60,677 bases of DNA, from contig NC_057718.1 of the NCBI RefSeq assembly GCF_004010195.1, forward strand, positions 15,970,555 through 16,031,231. The letters run 5' to 3'. Of the stretch, positions 49,701 through 60,677 are shown piece after piece (the first letter of the stretch is position 1; each line of letters starts with the position of its first letter). Source of the DNA: Chiloscyllium plagiosum (taxonomy: Eukaryota). The notes under the pieces were generated by a model. That model saw only the letters and a list, made by a program, of their open reading frames with translations. It ran no database searches and was not told the DNA's origin. The position numbers were made by a program, and so were the translations under genes.

Positions 49701-51625
49701 AGGGTTGTTTTCAGACTGGAGGCCTGTGACCAGTGGCGTGCCATAAGGATTGGTGCTGGGTCCTCTACTTTTTGTCATTTACATAAATGATTTGGATGCG
49801 AGCAAGAGGTACAGTTAGTAAGTCTGCAGAAGACACCAAAATTGGAGGTGTGGTGGACAGTGAAGAGGGTTACCTCAGATTACAATAGGATTTTCACCCG
49901 ATGAGCCAATGGGCCGAGAAGTGGCAGATGGAGTTTAATTCAGATAAATGAGAGGTACTGCATTTTGGGAAAGCAACTCTAAGCTGGACTTATACACCTT
50001 TTAATGGTAAGGTCCCTAGGGAGTGTTGCTGAACAAAGAGACCTTGGAGTGCAGGTTCATAGCTCCTTGCAAGTGGAGTTGCAGGTAGATAGGATAACGA
50101 AGAAGGCATTTGGTATGCTATCTTTTATTGGTCAGAGTATTGAGTGCTGGAGTTGGGAGGTCATGTTGCAGCTGTACAGGACATTGGTTAGGCCACTGTT
50201 GGAATATTGCGTGCAATTCTGGTCTCCTTCCCGGTGGAAAGATGTTGTGAAACTTGAAAGGCTTCAGAAAAGGTTAACGAGGATGTTGCCACGGTTGGAG
50301 GATTTGAGCTATAGGGAGAGGCTGAACAGGCTGGGGCTGTTTTCCCTGGAGTGTCGGAGGCTGAGGGGTGACCTTATAGAGATTTACAAAATTGAGGGGC
50401 ATGGATAGGGTAAATAAGCAAAGTTTTTTTTTTCCTGGGGTAGGGGAGTCCAGAACTAGAGGGCATAGATTTGGGGTGAGGGAAAAGATATAAAAGAGAC
50501 CTAAGGGGCAATGTTTTCACGCAGAGGGTGGTACGTGTATGGAATGAGCTGCCAGAGGAAGTGGTGGAGTCTAGTACAATTGCAACATTGAGGCATTTGG
50601 AGGGGTATATGAATAGGAAGGGCTTGGAGGGATATGGCCAGGTGCTGGCAGGTGGGACTAATTGGATTGGGCTATTTGGTCGGCATGGTCAGGTTGCACC
50701 GAAGGGTCTGTTTCCATGATGTACATCTCTGACTCTATGGCCCTATTGGTAGGGCGTTGGATAGTGTTATAGAACAGAGGGACCTAGGGGTTCAGGTACA
50801 TAATTCTTTGAAGTTTGTGTCACATAATCAGGGTGGTTTAAAGGGCGTTGCTCAGTCCTTTGAATATAGGAGTTGGGAAGTCATGTGAGGTTTTGTTTTA
50901 GAATCCCTAAGTGTGGAAACAAGCCCTTCGGCCCAACAAGTCCACGCCGACCCTCTGAAGAGTATCCCACCCCCCTCTGACTAATGCACCCAACAACTCT
51001 GGACAATTTTTAGCATAGCCAATTCACCTGACATACACATCTTTGGAATGTGGGAGGAAACTGGAAGTACCCAGACACGCAGACATGGGGAGAATGTGCA
51101 AAATCTATACAGTTGCCCAAGGCTGGAATCGAACCCGGGACCCTGGCGCTGTGAGGCAGCAGTGCTAACCACTAGGTTGTACAGGCGTTGAGGCCTCCTC
51201 TGGAATACGGTATCCAGTTTTGGTCATCCAGTTATAGAAACTAAATTAGCTAGAGAGGTTCAGAAGGGATTTACCAGAATGTTACCGGGAATGGAAGGTT
51301 AGAGTTAAAAGATAGGCTGGGACTTTTTTTTTTACTGGAGTGTAGAAGGTTGACAGGCCACTTGATAGGTTTATAAAATGAGGTATAGATAGTATTTCCC
51401 TACGATGGGGGATTTCAAGACGAGAGGGCTCATTAAGGTGAGTGAAGAGAGATTTCAAGATATAAGGGGCAAATGTTTCAGTGGTTTGTGAGAGTAATGA
51501 ACTTTCTGAGGGTAATGTGGGTACAATTATAACACTTTAAAAGACATTTGAATAAGTACATGAGAAGAAAAGGTTTGGAGGGATATGGGCCAGGAAGCAG
51601 GCAGGTGGGGTTAGTTTAGTTTGGG
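46780..51625 (+). mobile_element. Tandem cluster of CR1 LINEs (~46780-49415 near-complete ORF2; ~49495-50740; ~50740-51625)
   Basis: Repeated APE, RT and C-terminal motifs; three separate ORF2 C-terminal regions. Confidence 0.9.
50899..51174 (-). mobile_element. HE1 SINE inserted in CR1
   Basis: Reverse complement: GTGGTTAGCACTGCTGCCTCACAGCGCCAGGGTCCCGGGTTCGATTCC. Confidence 0.9.
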
Positions 51626-51629
51626 TGTA

Positions 51630-52045
51630 TGTTTACCTGTTTGTGTCCCGAACGCTCTCGGTCAGATCTACCGACGTCAAGCCGGTGTTCTTCTCTGACC
51701 ACTGCCTCCTGCTGGCCGACTGTCACCTACAGGACGAGCAGTGGGCTGGTAAGGGAACGTGGAAACTGAACACCAAGCTGTTGACCCCGGGAAACATTGA
51801 GGAGCTCAAGAGGGACTACGCAGGTTGGAGAACCGTGAAGCCCCTCTTTGAGTCTCCAGCGGACTGGTGGGAAACAGTAAAAGGAAACATCAAGAGGTTC
51901 TTCATCCTCAAAGGTGTTTCAGGAGGCGAGAGAGAGACGGGGAAAACTGTCCCAGCTCCAGGAAAGTATGCAGAACCTGCTCCTGCTACAGACTATGGGG
52001 GTCGATGTCACGGAGGACCTCAAGGAGGTGAAGGACCAGCAAGCC
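51630..52045 (+). mobile_element. Tx1-like (L1 clade) ORF2 fragment
   Basis: PVFFSDHCLL...GKGTWKLNTKLL...WWETVKGNIKRFF; GC-rich and little decayed. Confidence 0.85.
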
Positions 52046-52061
52046 TTAAGGTGTGCTATAG

Positions 52062-52117
52062 CAGGATGGCACAGTGGCTTAGTGGTTAGCACTGCTGCCT
52101 CACAGCACCAGGGACCT
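52062..52117 (+). mobile_element. HE1 SINE 5' fragment
   Basis: GGCACAGTGGCTTAGTGGTTAGCACTGCTGCCTCACAGCACCAGGGACC. Confidence 0.8.
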
Positions 52118-52249
52118 GTATGCATAGTGTAACATGGTCAGTAACTGAGATGACCATTGATGCTTTCTCCAAACATGTCTATTTATTAAGCTAAAGCACA
52201 AAGCAATGAAGTTAAGTATCAGTTCAGCAGCACACAAATATTCCAATAA

Positions 52250-52385
52250 AACCAAAATACTGCAAAAGCTAGAAATCTGAAATATAAACAGAAAGTGCTG
52301 GAGAAACCCAGCAGGTCTGGTAGCATCTGTGGAGACAGAAGCAGAGTTAACATTTTGGGTCCTGTATGACTCTTTTTCAGAAGAC
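52250..52385 (-). mobile_element. Penelope 3'-end-derived short element
   Basis: Similar to the reverse complement of 43940-44035 (CAGCAGGTCTGGTAGCATCTGTGGAGACAGAAGCAGAGTTAAC). Confidence 0.7.
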
Positions 52386-52468
52386 ATCCATTATGTGCCT
52401 ATCATTTTATGCAAATTAGGGATTAGAATACACACCAATAATCAACTGGTTTATACCAGTCATGTGTA

Positions 52469-52564
52469 ATTCCTGATGAAGGGCTTTTGCCCAAAACGTC
52501 GATTTCGCTGCTCCTTGGATGCTGCCTGAACTGCTGTGCTCTTCCAGCACCACTAACCCAGAAT
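52469..52564 (+). mobile_element. Short Penelope-derived element with a mutated hammerhead core
   Basis: CTGATGA-A-GGGC-TTTT-GCCC-AAAA-CGTC (GAAA changed to AAAA), followed by the family body. Confidence 0.8.
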
Positions 52565-52764
52565 GTATAATTATTGAGCTATCAACACAGTTGATCTATG
52601 ACCTAGATTTTTTGACAGTCTATTTCTAGATCAAAGGTAAAATCCTTTTCATCTCCCACCTTCCTGGATGCAAAACCAAGAACAACCTGACCTTCTTGTT
52701 CTTAATGAGAGGAGACTTTAGTGAAAGATTCTTGGGGGATTTGACAGTGTAGATACAGAGAGAT

Positions 52765-53075
52765 TATAGAGTCATACAGCACAGAAACAGACCCTGTGGT
52801 CCAACTCGTCCATGCTGACCAGTTTTCCCAAATTAAACAAGTCCCAGTTGTCTGCATTTGGCCCATATCCCTCTAAATCTTTTTTATTCATATACCCATC
52901 CATATACCTTTTAAATGTGAATTGTACCAGCCCTCCACGATTTCCTGTGGCTGCTTATTTCATACATACACCAGCCCCTGCGTGCAAATCATTTATACGA
53001 ATGACAAAAAGCAGTGGACCCAGGACTGATTCTTGTGGCACTCCGCTGGTCACAGACCCCCAGTCTGAAAAGAAC
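52765..53075 (-). mobile_element. Internally deleted CR1 3' fragment
   Basis: TCTATGAC-type tail joined to the SGVPQ.SVLGPLLFVI segment. Confidence 0.8.
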
Positions 53076-53182
53076 TGGTTCTCCTTCTTAAAGATCTCTC
53101 GAAAAAATTTGTAACTTATCTACGCTTGAGAGTTCTGGCTCATCAGGTGGCTAAAAATGGTTAATTTCAGTCATAGGAGGAA

Positions 53183-53805
53183 AGAATAGAATAGAACCAA
53201 AATTCGGTTTATTGTCACATGTACCCTCATGAGTACAGTTGAAAGTTTACATGTCGCTAATTATGGCGCCATCTTAGGTACAGAGGTACTCAAGTACAGA
53301 TTTTTAAATACAAATTCTTATGAAAAAAATTTAGAACAAAAAAGAAACTAGAAATCCAACATTACAGATCATAGGAATAAATTAGAAAAATAAAGAAAAA
53401 AGAAGTTCAGAATAAAGTCCTTCTAACCCAGTCCACATTGGCACCTAGCCTCTAGTCTGCACTGGGCCTGGACTCCAGACTGTGCTTGGCTTCACCACGA
53501 GGCGTTTGAGGCTGGGAGACCACTCTGCAATTACCTCGAGGTCAGATGTCCCCACTGAGGCCAAGCTGGGCCAAAACAACTCAGTCAGGCCGCCAAGAAA
53601 TCACCACACCGAGCTGCCGAGAGAACGCAATGCTCGGCCAAGAGACCGTGCCGGGTCCACGCTGAGGCCAGGAGTCTGAGACTATGACTTCAGGACATCA
53701 CCGAGAAGAAAGGAAGAAGAAGGAACACCAAGTAGAAAAAAGCAGAAAAAAACAGATGATATGGATGAGCTCAGGCTGAGAAGTCTTACTCCACCGCCAT
53801 CTTGA
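53183..53805 (-). mobile_element. Non-autonomous Rex1/Babar-like element
   Basis: Minus strand starts TCAAGATGGCGGTGG and ends TGTACTCATGAGGGTACATGTGACAATAAA followed by (ATTCT)n; no recognisable ORF. Confidence 0.6.
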
Positions 53806-54059
53806 ATTGAATTGAGCAAATTAACCTACCAACTCCCTCTTATCCACAACACCTCTGAAATTACCTCACAAGCTACTTAAGAATATTACAACTCTTATGA
53901 AAGCTATACTCCATGTAAAATGAAGTGGTTCAGTGAGCTGGCTCATCACCTCCACAAGGGCAATAAATGTTGGCTCTGCCAGCAATGCCCATCTCCTATG
54001 ACGGAATAAAGAATAAAATTTTAGAGGTCGTTAAAGCAGAGTCTGAACTGGACTCATGT

Positions 54060-54664
54060 CATGTCTTTGGGGTCCTGAAGGGAAATGGTGACCAGCCCCA
54101 AGTCACCGCCCACGTAGGTACCAACAACTTAGGTAGAAAGAGGGATAGGAATGCAAGGCAGAATTTCAGGGAGCTAGGGTGGAAGCTGAGAGCGAGATCA
54201 AACAGAGTTGTTAGTTATCACTGGATTATTACACATGCCACATGATAGTGAGTTGAAGAACAAGGAGAGATATCAGCTGATCATGAGGGTGCAGGGATGA
54301 TGCAGGAGGGTTTCAGGTTTATGGATAATTGGGGCTCATTTTGGGAAAGATGGGACTTCTACAAACAAAACAGTCTTCACTTGAACCGGAGAGATACTAA
54401 TATCCTGGGTGGGAAATTTGCATAATGCTATTCAGATGGGTTTAAACTAGCACAGCAGGGGGGTGGGAACCTGTGTTGTAGTTCCAGTACACAGGTGGAT
54501 GAGAGTAGGGAGGACATGGACAGGATGTCACGGTCACAGGAATGTGCTGGTAGACAGTAAGCTGGTTTGAAATGTGTCTACTTCAACACCAGGAGTATCC
54601 GGAATCAGGAAGGTGAGGTTGCAGCTTAGATAGGTACCTGGGACTTTGATGTTGTGGCCATTTC
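54060..54664 (+). mobile_element. CR1 ORF1 esterase and ORF2 start fragment
   Basis: HVGTNNLGRK..FRELGWKL, DNWGSFW.RWD.YK..LHLN, CVYFNTRSIRN, DVVAI. Confidence 0.85.
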
Positions 54665-54935
54665 AGTCTCACACTCAAGCTTGGGGCAGCTGCCGCCAAG
54701 GCGCGGTGGGGAGAGACCACCGTCTAACATCTGCCTGCCTAAGAAGAACAGGGGGCCCATGCAGTCTTTTGGGCTCCGCTGGCGTCTCAGCTCAATGTAA
54801 TCGCACCAACCTGTGAATACGAATGATCACCCTGTTTCGATACGCAAAGAAATGGAATGTTTACAGAATGATGACATGTCCAATTGTATAGATTAAATAT
54901 ATATGAATAAAGTATATTTTTGAAATAAAAAAAAA
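54665..54935 (+). mobile_element. Tx1-like LINE 3' end
   Basis: LKLGAAAAKARWGETTV*, then a 3' UTR ending TGAATAAAGTATATTTTTGAAAT and an A-run. Confidence 0.75.
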
Positions 54936-55125
54936 TGTTTGGCATGGACTGGTTGGACTGAAGGGTCTGTTACTGTGCTGTATGACTCTATGTATGGTTA
55001 TGTGGTGGGAAAGTTTTGCAGGGGTATGGGCCAAATGTGGGCAAATGGAGCTAGGTCAGATTGGGATGTTTGGTCAGCACAGAAGAGTTGGAATGAAGTC
55101 TGTTACTGTGCTGTATGACTCTATA
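54936..55125 (+). mobile_element. Two tandem CR1 3' termini
   Basis: GTCTGTTACTGTGCTGTATGACTCTAT occurs twice. Confidence 0.8.
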
Positions 55126-57193
55126 ATTGAGTAGCTTTGTGTTATTGTGCAAAAAAGTGTGTAATACTCTACTAAGAGTAGAATAATTACTGGATGCAAA
55201 TGAAATGCTCATACCAATGGATGCATAGTGAATTTTTTTTTAAAAGCACATGATCAGGAACCGGTGCTTTACAAGGTTACTGAAGCTTGTGGAATTGTTG
55301 AATAAAGTAGCTGAGAAGAGTTTGAAATCATGTCATCTGTTTGGGGGAGAGAGGATGCAATGATTGGAACAAGAATGGATGATTTGACTGAAAGAATGGA
55401 GAAGGATGGTCAACTTGCAGTGTGATTACCCTGAGTTAAATGGGAAAAGCTGAAACCAGTTTTCTCCATTTAACAGTATTGCAGATGTTATACTCAACCT
55501 TGAGGAAGCACCTCATTTAAGGCATACTAACTTTTAAAATAAATTTACTTTTTAATTGAGTCTATAAATGAATAGAAATACTGAAACCAGTTTTGTTAAC
55601 AAGTGTTCTTGGCCTTTCCTACTGTTTGGAACCAAAGTTGTTGTGTGATTTTTGTACTTAACTTTTGAAATATCATTCATGCTATTGGATGCAGGCGTCC
55701 ATTAATAGATGTTTGGAAAGTAATGATCTGATTCCTGTTGATGATTTAGATCTGAGAATTATTGTAAGATTGTTGCCATAAAAAAAGTACAATAATTAGA
55801 ACTTAAGTATTTAAATTTATCCAAACAAACTAAAGTAGCCTACGCAAGTTCAGTCTTGGTCTTTATTCTTCCTTCTCATGACTTAACTTTATTGCAGCTT
55901 TTTAAAAATGACTTACTTTCGATTCAGTCAAAAACATTCGTTAAAGGGGTCAGGATTAACTCTAACAGGTTCTATAAATTGGTGTTTAAGTAAGTCATTT
56001 GGAAATTTAAAATGCAGTTATTTAGCCCAATTGTAAGTAGCAACTGAAATTCAGACTCTGTTTATAATGACTAAGATCACTGAAAGCTCCTAGAATAAGT
56101 GTATTGTAGGTTTTCATGCTGTCAGTTTCAGGAACTCTGCCAAATTGTTACTTTGCTTGATCATGTATTTTGAGTAATTGTGCATTTGACGATAGGTTAT
56201 TTAAAACACACAAATTCAAACAAAAAAATCTGAGAAAAATGTTTCTTTATACATCAAGAAGTGTGATTTTTATTTTGGGGCTGGGAAATGGAATATATTT
56301 TCTGTAACCTCATCAGCGTCAAGCAGTAAGATTAGGAGTCTTATGCAGTGAAGATCTGTTCAGCAATGTTTTAATAACAGCCTTGGTCAAGTGGTGAGTT
56401 TTACCACTTGTCTTTTTATTGGTAATGAATAAGTGATAAGTTATCGGCTGTGAATTATTGGAAATTGTGTTTTGGACTTGAATGAACCAAAAACAAATTT
56501 GATTTAAGAGTGCTAAACTCACTTCCATAGAAACTTTAAAGCCAGTGGGGAAGAGCCTTCATTCCAGAAATCAGATATGTATTGTAGACTGGTGCATGGG
56601 TGAAAAGGCAATCTATTTTAACTTTAAATAGAACCCATTATTCAATTGCCATCTTTACTTAGATAGCACTTCCAAATCCATAATCCTGACCATTGACAAG
56701 ATGAGCAGTGATATCATTGGAAGACAATTGTCATCAAGTCTCTCTACCTTTCCACCCTCCTTGGTACTATAAATGCAACCAAAGTTGAAGTAAACTAGGT
56801 GTAGTAATGTTTCTGTAATTTTATAATCTTACAAAAAATCAGTGTAGTTAAATCATGAAAATTTCTTTTAATTCTGCACTGCATCAGATAGATTAAGATG
56901 TTAAACAAATACTCTGGCAGGAAAACAATTTTATTAAATTCCAATTTAAAATTAGTCACATTTAAGATTCACATTGTTAAAGTTGAAGCGGAGATTAAAT
57001 TAGAATTATTTATTAGTTTTAACAAAAAAGCTATGTAAATGCTTTCTAAAAATGTGAAAAGAAAAACATTTTATCCATTTCATAAATAATCATAAACTCA
57101 GTGGCATTTTCACAGGACTTGTTCTGTGTTTACTGACCCCATTTTTTAGATGTTAAGCTTGGGTTTAAAATTTTAGCTTTCTATATTTTTATA

Positions 57194-57584
57194 ATTCGGA
57201 GATGCCAGTGTTGGACTGGGGTGTACAAAGTTAAAAATCAACCCAACACCAGGTTATAGTCCAACAGATTTAATTGGAAGTACACTAGCTTTCGGGGCGA
57301 CGCTCCTTCACTAGGTGATTGTGGAGGGCTCGATCGTAACACAGAATTTATAACAAATATTTGCAGTGTGATGTAACCGAAATTATACATTGAAGAATTG
57401 ATTATCTGTTAAGCTTAGAAGAATTGATTGTCTGTTAAGTTTACATCACACTGCAAATTTTTGCTTTAAATTCTGTTACGATCGAGCCCTCCACAATCAC
57501 CTGATGAAGGAGCGTCACTCCGAAAGCTAGTGTGCTTCCAATGAAACCTGTTGGACTATAACCTGGTGGTGTGATTTTTAACTT
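57194..57584. mobile_element. Palindromic Penelope-derived element (second family) with hammerhead cores
   Basis: ~150-bp inverted arms 57227-57376 and 57441-57585; 12-bp direct repeat TATATTTTTATA at 57182-57193 and 57585-57596. Confidence 0.82.
57498..57532 (+). ncRNA. Putative minimal type I hammerhead ribozyme
   Basis: CAC-CTGATGA-A-GGAG-CGTCA-CTCC-GAAA-GCTA-GTG: stem I CAC/GTG, 4-bp stem II, NUH triplet CUA. Confidence 0.65.
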
Positions 57585-57689
57585 TATATTTTTATATATT
57601 GCTAAAAATATTTGCCTAAAATAAAAGCAGCCCAAGTATCATATGGAATCTTTTCAGAACAAACTTTAATAAACCTAGTCTACGCAGTT

Positions 57690-58800
57690 TATTACCAGTG
57701 CATCCACTTTCAGGAGCTCTTAGATTCTAGAAAGGTCCCAGAGGATTGGAAAATTGTAACATCTTTTTAAACAAAAAGGGGAAGAAACATTTCAAAAAAA
57801 AAAACTATAGGCCTGTTAACTCAACATCTGCCCTTGGGAAAAAGTTGGTCTATTTAAAGGGAATGTAATAGAGTATTTAGAAATACATTGAGGTGACCTG
57901 ATAGAAGTTTATAAAATAATGAGAGGTATAGGTAGAGTTGATGGTAATTGTCTTTTCTCTAAGATGGGGGAGTTTTCAAGTCTAGGATACACATTTTTAA
58001 GGTGAGAGGAGAGAGCTTTAAAAAATCTCGGAGCACATTTTTTACACAGGTTCGTGTGTGGAATGAACTTCCTGAGGAAGTGGTGGATGCAGGTACAGTC
58101 AGTTCTGCTCAAACATGAATTGGTTATAACACGATTGAAGAATTTAGACCATTATTTGTAGAACACAAACTTTCCTGTATTGACTGTAACACGATTCCAA
58201 TTTCATTGGTTTAAATGGTGCTGCTACTATGTGATTTTCTTATAATGCGAGATCGTATGGGAATGGAGCTATCGTGTTATATCAGAACAGACTGTACAAT
58301 TACAGCATTTAAAAGGCATTTAAATGGATACATGATTAGGATAGATTTGGAGGGATATAGGCCAGGAGCAGGCAGGTGTGAGTAATAGTTTGGGATTATG
58401 TTCGGCATTGACTGACCGGTTGAACTGAAGGGTCTGTTTCTATGCTGTACGACTCTTGACTATATGAATCAGCATGGATCCATGAAAAGGAAGTCACACC
58501 TGACAAATTTATTAGAATTCTTTTGTAACAACCAGGATGGATAAAAGGTAAGGAATTGATGTGATATGTTTCAATTTTCAGATGATACTTGATAACTATC
58601 ACAAATTAAGCTACTTAAGGAAAGAACCTACAGTGTTGGAGGTAGTATAGTAGCATGGATAGAGAAGTGGCTACTTGCAGAAGACAATTGGGATAAGGGG
58701 GCATTTTCAGAATGACAACCTTTTAACAAATGGAGCACAGTGATTAACGATTAGGCTGTACTTATTTACAATATAAGTTAATTTGTATGAGGAAAGTGAA
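57690..58800 (+). mobile_element. CR1 LINE fragments
   Basis: VPEDWKI, RGDLIEVYKIMRG, 3' tail near 58450, and a further RT fragment to ~58800. Confidence 0.82.
58096..58294. mobile_element. Tigger/pogo-like MITE inserted in CR1
   Basis: TA-CAGTCAGTTCTG ... CAGAACAGACTG-TA; the CR1 sequence GCAGGTA|CAATT rejoins across it. Confidence 0.85.
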
Positions 58801-60165
58801 TAAGGCGATGAGTCATTAGGCCAAGTGGCCTACTTTTGCTCCTTTGATCATGTTTCTCAACTCCATTCTCCTGCCTCCCCTCCATAATCCTTGATCACCC
58901 TACCAATCAAGATCCTATGATCTCTTTGTTTGAAATACACTCAATAACTTGGCCTCTGCAGTAATGAGTTCCACAGATTTAACCACCATCTTGTTGAAGA
59001 AATGTCCTTTATCTCACTTGTAAAGGGTTGTTGCTTAACTCTGAGGCTGTGCCCCCAGTCCTAGTCTCTCCCACCAGTGGAAACAACATCTGTCTACTCT
59101 GAGAGTGTTCCAGGCCTCTGTCTGTTTCAATCAAATCTCCTTCTCATTCTTCTTAAGTCCATTGAGTAAAGACAGAGTCCTCAACTGCTCCTCGTATGAC
59201 AAGCCTTTAATCCCTGGGATGACTTTTGTGAGCCTCCTATGGACACCCTCCAAAGCCAGTACATCCTTTCTGTGACATAAGCTCCAAAATTGCTCTCCAT
59301 ATTCCATGGTCTGACCACAGCCTGAGACAACTAGAGCAGTACATTTATGCCCTTGTATTTTAACCCTCTTGAAATGAATGTTAACATTGCCTTCCTAATT
59401 GCCAACTGAATCTGCATCTTGACTTTCAGAGAATCCTGAACTAGGGCTTCCAAGTGCTTTTTGTGTTTCAGATTCAGCTGCACATTTTCCCTCACAGTAT
59501 TCCATCTGCTGCTTCTTTGCCCATTCTCTTTACTTATCCAAGTTCTTCTGCAACTACCATAAGACCATAAGACATAGGAGTGGAAGTAAGGCCATTCGGC
59601 CCATCGAGTCCACTCCGCCATTCAATCATGGCTGATGTGCATTTCAGCTCCACTTACCAGCGTTCTCCCCGTAGCCCTTAATTCCTCGAGACAACAAGAA
59701 TCTATCAATCTCGGCCTTGAAGACATTTAGCGTCCCGGCTTCCACTGCACTCCGTGGCAATGAATTCCACAGGCCCACCACTCTCTGGCTGAAGAAATGT
59801 CTCCGCATTTCTGTTCTGAAATGACCCCCTCTAATTCTAAGGCTGTGTCCACAGGTCCTAGTCTCCTTGTTTAACTGAAACAATTTCCTAGCATTCCCTG
59901 CTTGCTCAACACCACCTGCCCCTCCATCTATCTTTGTTAACTGCAAACATAACAATAATGCCCTTAGTTCACCTGTCCAGGTTGTTGATGTATAATGTGA
60001 ATAGTTATCCCAATATGGACCCCTGTGGTACTCCATTAGTCACCGGCTACCATCCTGGGAAAAAATATTTAACCTTATTGTCTCCTTTCAGCCAGTCTTT
60101 TCTACATGCCAGTACATTGCCCCCAATACCATGGATCTTATGTTATTTAGCAGCCTCCTGTCTGG
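58800..60165 (-). mobile_element. Older CR1 with a younger CR1 3' end inserted (~59557-59893)
   Basis: The insert closely resembles 11560-11885 (TRTCGHSLRIRGG.FRTEMRRHFFSQRV) and has a (CTTATGGT)n tail. Confidence 0.88.
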
Positions 60166-60279
60166 AATTCCATATGGGATCATGTCTACTGGCTGTTTGC
60201 CAGGCCTCCCGAATTAGTCCCACAATCTCCTGTCATTGCTGTTCCATCATCATCCCTGCTAGACTCCCCTTTCAATCAA

Positions 60280-60677
60280 CGTGCCTCCGAGGGTGCAGAA
60301 TGTTCTCACGGGGGAGAGGGGCCAGCAGGAGGTCATTGTCCACATTGGAACCAATGACATTGGAAGGGAAAAGTTCGAGACTCTGAAGGGAGATTACAGA
60401 GTTAGGTAGAATTTTAAAAAGGAGATCCTCTAGGGTAGTAATATCTGGATTACTCCCAGTGCTACGAGCTAGTGAGGACAGGAACAGGAGGATAGAGCAG
60501 ATGAATGCATGGCTGAGGAGCTGGTGTATGGGAGAAGGATTCACATTTTTGGATCATTGGAATCTCTTTTGGGGTAGAAGTGACCTGTACAAGAAGGACG
60601 GATTGCAACTAAATTGGAAGGGGACTATCATACTGGCAGGGACATTTGCTAGAACTGCTTGGGAGGATTTAAACTAG
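60280..60677 (+). mobile_element. CR1 ORF1 SGNH esterase fragment, running off the right edge
   Basis: HIGTNDIGR, ISGLLPVLRASE, MNAWLRSWC, DHWNLFWGRSDLYKKDGLQLN; similar to 13350-13740. Confidence 0.9.

Noticed and set aside
39034..60677. Further AKT3 coding exons
   Set aside because: I did not find the expected next exon (EYIKNWRPRYF...); it probably lies beyond the window.

Overview
Vertebrate genomic DNA, inferred to be from a cartilaginous fish (shark) because of its HE1/V-SINE-type SINEs and CR1-dominated repeat content. The one host gene I can support is the 5' end of AKT3 on the + strand: a CpG-rich promoter (~36.9-37.6 kb, with GC boxes, TCTCGCGAGA and a full CRE), a probable non-coding exon 1 ending at 37564, and the first coding exon (ATG 38988, MSDITIVKEGWVQKR|G, GT donor at 39034). 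The rest of the window to the right reads as the following long intron. Most other sequence is nested transposon debris: an L1 (1-2763, -), many CR1 LINEs (one near full length), HE1 SINEs, two Penelope-like elements, Tx1 and Rex/Babar fragments, Tigger-like MITEs and three Gypsy relics, one with a SCAN-like gag. I found no novel protein-coding system. The most notable features are short Penelope-derived elements carrying minimal hammerhead ribozyme cores (two form long palindromes with target-site duplications), two inverted locally templated insertions inside CR1s, and an internally inverted Gypsy relic. Repeat boundaries were read by eye and are approximate unless motif coordinates are given.
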